In this document: positions 13,201-25,600 of the stretch, one piece after another | Layout of the letters: the number at the start of each line of letters is the position of its first letter | Position numbering within the stretch: position 1 is the stretch's first letter | NCBI RefSeq assembly: GCF_009914755.1 | Contig: NC_060939.1 | Strand: one strand, 5' to 3' | DNA: 64,000 bases | Origin: the human T2T-CHM13v2.0 reference genome, Homo sapiens | The notes under the pieces: generated by a model | Database searches by the model: none | What the model saw: only the letters and a program-made list of their open reading frames with translations | What the model was told of the DNA's origin: nothing | Program-made: the position numbers and the translations under genes

Positions 13201-13662
13201 ATGGGGCTCCAAATATCCACTTGCATTTCCTACAAAAAGAGAGATTCTAAGCTGCTCAATCAAAACATTGTTTCAACACGGTTAGTTGAATGCACACATC
13301 CCAAAGATGTTTTTCAGAGTGCTTCTGTGTGGTTTTTATGTGAAGATACTTCCTTTTCCACAATAGGCCTCAAATCTCTGTAAATATCCACTTGCAGACT
13401 CTACAAAGAGTGTTTCCAAACTCCTCAATCATAAGATAGGTTCAACTCCGATAGTTGAATGCACACATCACAAAGAAGTTTCTCGGAAAGCTTCTGTGTA
13501 GTTTTTGATGAAGATATCTTCTTCTCTAAAACAGAACTCCAAGCCCTCCAAATATTCACTTCAAGATTCTACGGAAAGATTGTCTCAAACTGCTAAATCA
13601 AAACAAAGGTTCAACTCTGTGTGATGAATGCATTCATCACAAAGAAGTTTCTCTGAGTGCTT
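10246..13662 (-). repeat. HOR copy 4, 3,417-bp variant (+GTG)
   Basis: ctgtgtggtgtttttatg at about 11615-11632 versus ctgtgtgtttttatg in most copies. ORF spacing 11085 to 14502 is 3,417. Confidence 0.93.
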
Positions 13663-16600
13663 CTGTGCAGTTTTTATTTGAAGATAATTGCTTTTCCAGT
13701 ATAGGGCGAAATAGGGCTCCAAATATTCACTTGCAGATTCTACAGAAAGAGAGATTCCAAACTGCTCAATCAAAACATAGGTTCAACACTGTGAGTTGAA
13801 TGCATACATCGCAAAGAAGTTTCACAGAGTACTTCTGGGTGGTTTTTATTTGAAGATATTTCCCTTTCCACAATAGGCCTCAAAGCTTTCCAAATGTCCA
13901 CTTGCAGATTCCACCAAAAGAGTGTTTCGAAACTGCTCAATCAAAAGAAAGGTTCTACTCTGTGGGATGAATGCACACATCACAAAGTAGTTTCTCAGAA
14001 TGCTTCTGTGTAGTTTTTATGTGAAGATATTTGTTTTTCCACAGTAGGCCCCAAAGAGCTCCAAATATTCACTTGCAGATTCTACAAAAAGAGTGTTCCA
14101 AAACTGCTCCATCATGAAATAGGATCAACCCTGTGAGATGAATGTACGTATGACAGAGAAGTTTCTCAGAATGCTTCTGTGTAGTTTTTATGCGAAGATA
14201 TTCGACTTTCCACAGTACGCCTCAAAGTTCTCCAATTATCCACTCGTAGATCCTGCAAAAAGAGAGATTCAAAACTGCTCAATCAAAAGATAGTTTCTAC
14301 TCCATTAGCTGAAAGACCACATCACAAAAAAAGTTTCTCAGGATGCTTCTGTGTAGTTTTTATGTGAAGATATTTGGTTTTCCACAGTAGGCCTCAAAGC
14401 GCTCCAAATATCCACTCACAGATTCTGCAAAAAGAGAGATTCAAAACTGCTGAATCAAAAGACAGTTTCAACTCTGTGACTTCAGTGCACACCTCACAAG
14501 GATGTTTCTCAGAATGCTTCTGTGTAGTTTTTATATAAAGATATCTCCTTCTCCAAAATGGATCTCAAAGTTCTCCAAATATTCACTTCCAGATTCTATG
14601 GAAAGATTGTCTCAAAACTGCTCAATCAAACCAAAGGTTCAACTCTGTGAGATGAATGCCCACATCACAAAGAAGTTTCTCAGAGTACTTCTGTGTAGTT
14701 TCTATTTGAGGATAGTTCCTTTTCCACCACAGACCAGAAAGGGCTCCAAATATCCATTGCAGATGGTACAAAAAGTGAGATTCAAAACTGCTCAATCCAA
14801 AGGTAGTTTCAACCATGTGATATGAATGCACACAGCACAGAGAATTTTCTCAAAATGCGTCTGTCTAGTTTTTATTTGAAGATATTTCCTTTTCTACCAT
14901 AGGCCACAAACGTCTCCAAATATCCACATGCAGCTTCTACAAAAAGAGAGATTCAAAACTTCTCAATCAAAAGATAGGTTCAACTCTGTGAGTTGAAAGC
15001 ACACCTCACAGAGAAGTTTCTCAGAGTGCTTCTGTGTGTTTTTATGTGAAGATATTTCCTTTTCCACAATAGGCCTCAAAGCTCTCCAAATATCTGCGAG
15101 CAGAGTCTACAAAATGAGAGATTCAAAACTGCTCAATGAAAAGATAGGTTCAACTCTGTGAGTTGAATGCACACCTCCAAAGAAGTTTCTCAGAATGCTT
15201 CCATGTAGTTTTTATGTGAAGATATTTACTTTTCCACAGTTGTCCCAAAGCTCTAAAATGTCCACTTGCAGACCCTCCAAAAGAGTGTTTCAGAATTGCT
15301 CAATCAAAGGGAAGGTTCAATTCTGTGTGACCAATGCACTCATCACAAAGAAGTTTGTCTGAATGCTTCTGTGTAGAATTGATTTGAAGATAATTCCTTT
15401 TCCACCACAGTCCGCAAAGGGCTAAAAATATCCACTTGCCGATTCCACAAAAAGAGAGATTCAAAACTGCTCAATCACAAGATAGGTTCAACTTGGTAAT
15501 TGGAAAGCACACATGACAAACAATTTCTGAGAATGTTTCTGTGTAGTTTTTAAGGGAAGATATTTGATTTTCAAATGTAGGCCTCAAATCGCTCCAAATA
15601 TCCACTTGCATATTGTACAAAAAGAGAGATTCAAAACTGGTCACTCAAAAGTTAGGTCCAGCTCTGTGAGCTGAATGCACACATCACAAAGATGTTTCTC
15701 AGAAGGTTTCTGTATAGTTTTTATATGAAGATATTTGCTTTTCCACAATATGCCTCAAATCTCCCCAATTATCCACTTGCAGATTCTAGAAAAAGAGTGT
15801 TTCAAAACAGCTCAATCAAAATAAACTTTCAACTCTGTGAGATCAATGCACACATCACAAAGAAGTTTCTCAGAATGCTTCTGTGTAGTTTTTTTTGTGA
15901 AGATATTTGATTTTCCACAGCAGGCTTCCAAGCACTCCAAATATCCACTCGCAGATTCTGCAAAAAGAGAGATTCAAATCTGCTGAATCAAAAGATAGGT
16001 TTAACTCTGTGACTTCAATGCACACCTCACAAGGGTGTTTCTCAGAAAGCTTCTGTGTAGTTTTTATATGAAGATATCTCCTTCTCCAAAGCAGGTCTCA
16101 AAGCCCTCCAAATATTCACTTCAAGATTCTACGGAAAGATTGTCTCAACACTGCTAAATCTAAACAAATGTTCAACTCTGTGTGATGAATGCACTCATCA
16201 CAGAGAAGTTTCTCTGAATGCCTCTGTGTAGTTTTTATTTGAAGATATTTGCTTTTCCAGTATAGGGCGAAATAGGGCTCCAAATATTCACTTGCAGATT
16301 CTACAAAAGGAGAGATTCCAAACTGCTCAATCAAAACATAGGTTCAACACTGTGAGTTGAATGCACACATCACAAAGAAGTTTCACAGAGTGCTTCTGGG
16401 TAGTTTTTATTTGAGGATATTTCCCTTTCCACAATAGGCCTCAAAGCTTTCCAAATATCCACTTGCAGATTCTGCAAAAAGAGAGATACAAAACTGCTCT
16501 ATCAAAAGATAGATTCGACTCTGTGAGTTGAATGCCAACATCGCAAAGAAGTTTCTCAGAATGCTTCTCTGCAGCTTTTTTGTGAGTATGTTTCGTTTTC

Positions 16601-19600
16601 CACCATAGGGCGAAATGGGGCTCCAAATATCCACTTGCATTTCCTACAAAAAGAGAGATTCTAAGCTGCTCAATCAAAACATTGTTTCAACACGGTTAGT
16701 TGAATGCACACATCCCAAAGATGTTTTTCAGAGTGCTTCTGTGTGGTTTTTATGTGAAGATACTTCCTTTTCCACAATAGGCCTCAAATCTCTGTAAATA
16801 TCCACTTGCAGACTCTACAAAGAGTGTTTCCAAACTCCTCAATCATAAGATAGGTTCAACTCCGATAGTTGAATGCACACATCACAAAGAAGTTTCTCGG
16901 AAAGCTTCTGTGTAGTTTTTGATGAAGATATCTTCTTCTCTAAAACAGAACTCCAAGCCCTCCAAATATTCACTTCAAGATTCTACGGAAAGATTGTCTC
17001 AAACTGCTAAATCAAAACAAAGGTTCAACTCTGTGTGATGAATGCATTCATCACAAAGAAGTTTCTCTGAGTGCTTCTGTGCAGTTTTTATTTGAAGATA
17101 ATTGCTTTTCCAGTATAGGGCGAAATAGGGCTCCAAATATTCACTTGCAGATTCTACAGAAAGAGAGATTCCAAACTGCTCAATCAAAACATAGGTTCAA
17201 CACTGTGAGTTGAATGCATACATCGCAAAGAAGTTTCACAGAGTACTTCTGGGTGGTTTTTATTTGAAGATATTTCCCTTTCCACAATAGGCCTCAAAGC
17301 TTTCCAAATGTCCACTTGCAGATTCCACCAAAAGAGTGTTTCGAAACTGCTCAATCAAAAGAAAGGTTCTACTCTGTGGGATGAATGCACACATCACAAA
17401 GTAGTTTCTCAGAATGCTTCTGTGTAGTTTTTATGTGAAGATATTTGTTTTTCCACAGTAGGCCCCAAAGAGCTCCAAATATTCACTTGCAGATTCTACA
17501 AAAAGAGTGTTCCAAAACTGCTCCATCATGAAATAGGATCAACCCTGTGAGATGAATGTACGTATGACAGAGAAGTTTCTCAGAATGCTTCTGTGTAGTT
17601 TTTATGCGAAGATATTCGACTTTCCACAGTACGCCTCAAAGTTCTCCAATTATCCACTCGTAGATCCTGCAAAAAGAGAGATTCAAAACTGCTCAATCAA
17701 AAGATAGTTTCTACTCCATTAGCTGAAAGACCACATCACAAAAAAAGTTTCTCAGGATGCTTCTGTGTAGTTTTTATGTGAAGATATTTGGTTTTCCACA
17801 GTAGGCCTCAAAGCGCTCCAAATATCCACTCACAGATTCTGCAAAAAGAGAGATTCAAAACTGCTGAATCAAAAGACAGTTTCAACTCTGTGACTTCAGT
17901 GCACACCTCACAAGGATGTTTCTCAGAATGCTTCTGTGTAGTTTTTATATAAAGATATCTCCTTCTCCAAAATGGATCTCAAAGTTCTCCAAATATTCAC
18001 TTCCAGATTCTATGGAAAGATTGTCTCAAAACTGCTCAATCAAACCAAAGGTTCAACTCTGTGAGATGAATGCCCACATCACAAAGAAGTTTCTCAGAGT
18101 ACTTCTGTGTAGTTTCTATTTGAGGATAGTTCCTTTTCCACCACAGACCAGAAAGGGCTCCAAATATCCATTGCAGATGGTACAAAAAGTGAGATTCAAA
18201 ACTGCTCAATCCAAAGGTAGTTTCAACCATGTGATATGAATGCACACAGCACAGAGAATTTTCTCAAAATGCGTCTGTCTAGTTTTTATTTGAAGATATT
18301 TCCTTTTCTACCATAGGCCACAAACGTCTCCAAATATCCACATGCAGCTTCTACAAAAAGAGAGATTCAAAACTTCTCAATCAAAAGATAGGTTCAACTC
18401 TGTGAGTTGAAAGCACACCTCACAGAGAAGTTTCTCAGAGTGCTTCTGTGTGTTTTTATGTGAAGATATTTCCTTTTCCACAATAGGCCTCAAAGCTCTC
18501 CAAATATCTGCGAGCAGAGTCTACAAAATGAGAGATTCAAAACTGCTCAATGAAAAGATAGGTTCAACTCTGTGAGTTGAATGCACACCTCCAAAGAAGT
18601 TTCTCAGAATGCTTCCATGTAGTTTTTATGTGAAGATATTTACTTTTCCACAGTTGTCCCAAAGCTCTAAAATGTCCACTTGCAGACCCTCCAAAAGAGT
18701 GTTTCAGAATTGCTCAATCAAAGGGAAGGTTCAATTCTGTGTGACCAATGCACTCATCACAAAGAAGTTTGTCTGAATGCTTCTGTGTAGAATTGATTTG
18801 AAGATAATTCCTTTTCCACCACAGTCCGCAAAGGGCTAAAAATATCCACTTGCCGATTCCACAAAAAGAGAGATTCAAAACTGCTCAATCACAAGATAGG
18901 TTCAACTTGGTAATTGGAAAGCACACATGACAAACAATTTCTGAGAATGTTTCTGTGTAGTTTTTAAGGGAAGATATTTGATTTTCAAATGTAGGCCTCA
19001 AATCGCTCCAAATATCCACTTGCATATTGTACAAAAAGAGAGATTCAAAACTGGTCACTCAAAAGTTAGGTCCAGCTCTGTGAGCTGAATGCACACATCA
19101 CAAAGATGTTTCTCAGAAGGTTTCTGTATAGTTTTTATATGAAGATATTTGCTTTTCCACAATATGCCTCAAATCTCCCCAATTATCCACTTGCAGATTC
19201 TAGAAAAAGAGTGTTTCAAAACAGCTCAATCAAAATAAACTTTCAACTCTGTGAGATCAATGCACACATCACAAAGAAGTTTCTCAGAATGCTTCTGTGT
19301 AGTTTTTTTTGTGAAGATATTTGATTTTCCACAGCAGGCTTCCAAGCACTCCAAATATCCACTCGCAGATTCTGCAAAAAGAGAGATTCAAATCTGCTGA
19401 ATCAAAAGATAGGTTTAACTCTGTGACTTCAATGCACACCTCACAAGGGTGTTTCTCAGAAAGCTTCTGTGTAGTTTTTATATGAAGATATCTCCTTCTC
19501 CAAAGCAGGTCTCAAAGCCCTCCAAATATTCACTTCAAGATTCTACGGAAAGATTGTCTCAACACTGCTAAATCTAAACAAATGTTCAACTCTGTGTGAT

Positions 19601-22600
19601 GAATGCACTCATCACAGAGAAGTTTCTCTGAATGCCTCTGTGTAGTTTTTATTTGAAGATATTTGCTTTTCCAGTATAGGGCGAAATAGGGCTCCAAATA
19701 TTCACTTGCAGATTCTACAAAAGGAGAGATTCCAAACTGCTCAATCAAAACATAGGTTCAACACTGTGAGTTGAATGCACACATCACAAAGAAGTTTCAC
19801 AGAGTGCTTCTGGGTAGTTTTTATTTGAGGATATTTCCCTTTCCACAATAGGCCTCAAAGCTTTCCAAATATCCACTTGCAGATTCTGCAAAAAGAGAGA
19901 TACAAAACTGCTCTATCAAAAGATAGATTCGACTCTGTGAGTTGAATGCCAACATCGCAAAGAAGTTTCTCAGAATGCTTCTCTGCAGCTTTTTTGTGAG
20001 TATGTTTCGTTTTCCACCATAGGGCGAAATGGGGCTCCAAATATCCACTTGCATTTCCTACAAAAAGAGAGATTCTAAGCTGCTCAATCAAAACATTGTT
20101 TCAACACGGTTAGTTGAATGCACACATCCCAAAGATGTTTTTCAGAGTGCTTCTGTGTGGTTTTTATGTGAAGATACTTCCTTTTCCACAATAGGCCTCA
20201 AATCTCTGTAAATATCCACTTGCAGACTCTACAAAGAGTGTTTCCAAACTCCTCAATCATAAGATAGGTTCAACTCCGATAGTTGAATGCACACATCACA
20301 AAGAAGTTTCTCGGAAAGCTTCTGTGTAGTTTTTGATGAAGATATCTTCTTCTCTAAAACAGAACTCCAAGCCCTCCAAATATTCACTTCAAGATTCTAC
20401 GGAAAGATTGTCTCAAACTGCTAAATCAAAACAAAGGTTCAACTCTGTGTGATGAATGCATTCATCACAAAGAAGTTTCTCTGAGTGCTTCTGTGCAGTT
20501 TTTATTTGAAGATAATTGCTTTTCCAGTATAGGGCGAAATAGGGCTCCAAATATTCACTTGCAGATTCTACAGAAAGAGAGATTCCAAACTGCTCAATCA
20601 AAACATAGGTTCAACACTGTGAGTTGAATGCATACATCGCAAAGAAGTTTCACAGAGTACTTCTGGGTGGTTTTTATTTGAAGATATTTCCCTTTCCACA
20701 ATAGGCCTCAAAGCTTTCCAAATGTCCACTTGCAGATTCCACCAAAAGAGTGTTTCGAAACTGCTCAATCAAAAGAAAGGTTCTACTCTGTGGGATGAAT
20801 GCACACATCACAAAGTAGTTTCTCAGAATGCTTCTGTGTAGTTTTTATGTGAAGATATTTGTTTTTCCACAGTAGGCCCCAAAGAGCTCCAAATATTCAC
20901 TTGCAGATTCTACAAAAAGAGTGTTCCAAAACTGCTCCATCATGAAATAGGATCAACCCTGTGAGATGAATGTACGTATGACAGAGAAGTTTCTCAGAAT
21001 GCTTCTGTGTAGTTTTTATGCGAAGATATTCGACTTTCCACAGTACGCCTCAAAGTTCTCCAATTATCCACTCGTAGATCCTGCAAAAAGAGAGATTCAA
21101 AACTGCTCAATCAAAAGATAGTTTCTACTCCATTAGCTGAAAGACCACATCACAAAAAAAGTTTCTCAGGATGCTTCTGTGTAGTTTTTATGTGAAGATA
21201 TTTGGTTTTCCACAGTAGGCCTCAAAGCGCTCCAAATATCCACTCACAGATTCTGCAAAAAGAGAGATTCAAAACTGCTGAATCAAAAGACAGTTTCAAC
21301 TCTGTGACTTCAGTGCACACCTCACAAGGATGTTTCTCAGAATGCTTCTGTGTAGTTTTTATATAAAGATATCTCCTTCTCCAAAATGGATCTCAAAGTT
21401 CTCCAAATATTCACTTCCAGATTCTATGGAAAGATTGTCTCAAAACTGCTCAATCAAACCAAAGGTTCAACTCTGTGAGATGAATGCCCACATCACAAAG
21501 AAGTTTCTCAGAGTACTTCTGTGTAGTTTCTATTTGAGGATAGTTCCTTTTCCACCACAGACCAGAAAGGGCTCCAAATATCCATTGCAGATGGTACAAA
21601 AAGTGAGATTCAAAACTGCTCAATCCAAAGGTAGTTTCAACCATGTGATATGAATGCACACAGCACAGAGAATTTTCTCAAAATGCGTCTGTCTAGTTTT
21701 TATTTGAAGATATTTCCTTTTCTACCATAGGCCACAAACGTCTCCAAATATCCACATGCAGCTTCTACAAAAAGAGAGATTCAAAACTTCTCAATCAAAA
21801 GATAGGTTCAACTCTGTGAGTTGAAAGCACACCTCACAGAGAAGTTTCTCAGAGTGCTTCTGTGTGTTTTTATGTGAAGATATTTCCTTTTCCACAATAG
21901 GCCTCAAAGCTCTCCAAATATCTGCGAGCAGAGTCTACAAAATGAGAGATTCAAAACTGCTCAATGAAAAGATAGGTTCAACTCTGTGAGTTGAATGCAC
22001 ACCTCCAAAGAAGTTTCTCAGAATGCTTCCGTGTAGTTTTTATGTGAAGATATTTACTTTTCCACAGTTGTCCCAAAGCTCTAAAATGTCCACTTGCAGA
22101 CCCTCCAAAAGAGTGTTTCAGAATTGCTCAATCAAAGGGAAGGTTCAATTCTGTGTGACCAATGCACTCATCACAAAGAAGTTTGTCTGAATGCTTCTGT
22201 GTAGAATTGATTTGAAGATAATTCCTTTTCCACCACAGTCCGCAAAGGGCTAAAAATATCCACTTGCCGATTCCACAAAAAGAGAGATTCAAAACTGCTC
22301 AATCACAAGATAGGTTCAACTTGGTAATTGGAAAGCACACATGACAAACAATTTCTGAGAATGTTTCTGTGTAGTTTTTAAGGGAAGATATTTGATTTTC
22401 AAATGTAGGCCTCAAATCGCTCCAAATATCCACTTGCATATTGTACAAAAAGAGAGATTCAAAACTGGTCACTCAAAAGTTAGGTCCAGCTCTGTGAGCT
22501 GAATGCACACATCACAAAGATGTTTCTCAGAAGGTTTCTGTATAGTTTTTATATGAAGATATTTGCTTTTCCACAATATGCCTCAAATCTCCCCAATTAT

Positions 22601-25600
22601 CCACTTGCAGATTCTAGAAAAAGAGTGTTTCAAAACAGCTCAATCAAAATAAACTTTCAACTCTGTGAGATCAATGCACACATCACAAAGAAGTTTCTCA
22701 GAATGCTTCTGTGTAGTTTTTTTTGTGAAGATATTTGATTTTCCACAGCAGGCTTCCAAGCACTCCAAATATCCACTCGCAGATTCTGCAAAAAGAGAGA
22801 TTCAAATCTGCTGAATCAAAAGATAGGTTTAACTCTGTGACTTCAATGCACACCTCACAAGGGTGTTTCTCAGAAAGCTTCTGTGTAGTTTTTATATGAA
22901 GATATCTCCTTCTCCAAAGCAGGTCTCAAAGCCCTCCAAATATTCACTTCAAGATTCTACGGAAAGATTGTCTCAACACTGCTAAATCTAAACAAATGTT
23001 CAACTCTGTGTGATGAATGCACTCATCACAGAGTAGTTTCTCTGAATGCCTCTGTGTAGTTTTTATTTGAAGATATTTGCTTTTCCAGTATAGGGCGAAA
23101 TAGGGCTCCAAATATTCACTTGCAGATTCTACAAAAGGAGAGATTCCAAACTGCTCAATCAAAACATAGGTTCAACACTGTGAGTTGAATGCACACATCA
23201 CAAAGAAGTTTCACAGAGTGCTTCTGGGTAGTTTTTATTTGAGGATATTTCCCTTTCCACAATAGGCCTCAAAGCTTTCCAAATATCCACTTGCAGATTC
23301 TGCAAAAAGAGAGATACAAAACTGCTCTATCAAAAGATAGATTCGACTCTGTGAGTTGAATGCCAACATCGCAAAGAAGTTTCTCAGAATGCTTCTCTGC
23401 AGCTTTTTTGTGAGTATGTTTCGTTTTCCACCATAGGGCGAAATGGGGCTCCAAATATCCACTTGCATTTCCTACAAAAAGAGAGATTCTAAGCTGCTCA
23501 ATCAAAACATTGTTTCAACACGGTTAGTTGAATGCACACATCCCAAAGATGTTTTTCAGAGTGCTTCTGTGTGGTTTTTATGTGAAGATACTTCCTTTTC
23601 CACAATAGGCCTCAAATCTCTGTAAATATCCACTTGCAGACTCTACAAAGAGTGTTTCCAAACTGCTCAATCATAAGATAGGTTCAACTCCGATAGTTGA
23701 ATGCACACATCACAAAGAAGTTTCTCAGAAAGCTTCTGTGTAGTTTTTGATGAAGATATCTCCTTCTCTAAAACAGAACTCCAAGCCCTCCAAATATTCA
23801 CTTCAAGATTCTACGGAAAGATTGTCTCAAACTGCTAAATCAAAACAAAGGTTCAACTCTGTGTGATGAATGCATTCATCACAAAGAAGTTTCTCTGAGT
23901 GCTTCTGTGCAGTTTTTATTTGAAGATAATTGCTTTTCCAGTATAGGGCGAAATAGGGCTCCAAATATTCACTTGCAGATTCTACAGAAAGAGAGATTCC
24001 AAACTGCTCAATCAAAACATAGGTTCAACACTGTGAGTTGAATGCATACATCGCAAAGAAGTTTCACAGAGTACTTCTGGGTGGTTTTTATTTGAAGATA
24101 TTTCCCTTTCCACAATAGGCCTCAAAGCTTTCCAAATGTCCACTTGCAGATTCCACCAAAAGAGTGTTTCGAAACTGCTCAATCAAAAGAAAGGTTCTAC
24201 TCTGTGGGATGAATGCACACATCACAAAGTAGTTTCTCAGAATGCTTCTGTGTAGTTTTTATGTGAAGATAATTGTTTTTCCACAGTAGGCCCCAAAGAG
24301 CTCCAAATATTCACTTGCAGATTCTACAAAAAGAGTGTTCCAAAACTGCTCCATCATGAAATAGGATCAACCCTGTGAGATGAATGTACGTATGACAGAG
24401 AAGTTTCTCAGAATGCTTCTGTGTAGTTTTTATGCGAAGATATTCGACTTTCCACAGTACGCCTCAAAGTTCTCCAATTATCCACTCGTAGATCCTGCAA
24501 AAAGAGAGATTCAAAACTGCTCAATCAAAAGATAGTTTCTACTCCATTAGCTGAAAGACCACATCACAAAAAAAGTTTCTCAGGATGCTTCTGTGTAGTT
24601 TTTATGTGAAGATATTTGGTTTTCCACAGTAGGCCTCAAAGCGCTCCAAATATCCACTCACAGATTCTGCAAAAAGAGAGATTCAAAACTGCTGAATCAA
24701 AAGACAGTTTCAACTCTGTGACTTCAGTGCACACCTCACAAGGATGTTTCTCAGAATGCTTCTGTGTAGTTTTTATATAAAGATATCTCCTTCTCCAAAA
24801 TGGATCTCAAAGTTCTCCAAATATTCACTTCCAGATTCTATGGAAAGATTGTCTCAAAACTGCTCAATCAAACCAAAGGTTCAACTCTGTGAGATGAATG
24901 CCCACATCACAAAGAAGTTTCTCAGAGTACTTCTGTGTAGTTTCTATTTGAGGATAGTTCCTTTTCCACCACAGACCAGAAAGGGCTCCAAATATCCATT
25001 GCAGATGGTACAAAAAGTGAGATTCAAAACTGCTCAATCCAAAGGTAGTTTCAACCATGTGATATGAATGCACACAGCACAGAGAATTTTCTCAAAATGC
25101 GTCTGTCTAGTTTTTATTTGAAGATATTTCCTTTTCTACCATAGGCCACAAACGTCTCCAAATATCCACATGCAGCTTCTACAAAAAGAGAGATTCAAAA
25201 CTTCTCAATCAAAAGATAGGTTCAACTCTGTGAGTTGAAAGCACACCTCACAGAGAAGTTTCTCAGAGTGCTTCTGTGTGTTTTTATGTGAAGATATTTC
25301 CTTTTCCACAATAGGCCTCAAAGCTCTCCAAATATCTGCGAGCAGAGTCTACAAAATGAGAGATTCAAAACTGCTCAATGAAAAGATAGGTTCAACTCTG
25401 TGAGTTGAATGCACACCTCCAAAGAAGTTTCTCAGAATGCTTCCGTGTAGTTTTTATGTGAAGATATTTACTTTTCCACAGTTGTCCCAAAGCTCTAAAA
25501 TGTCCACTTGCAGACCCTCCAAAAGAGTGTTTCAGAATTGCTCAATCAAAGGGAAGGTTCAATTCTGTGTGACCAATGCACTCATCACAAAGAAGTTTGT

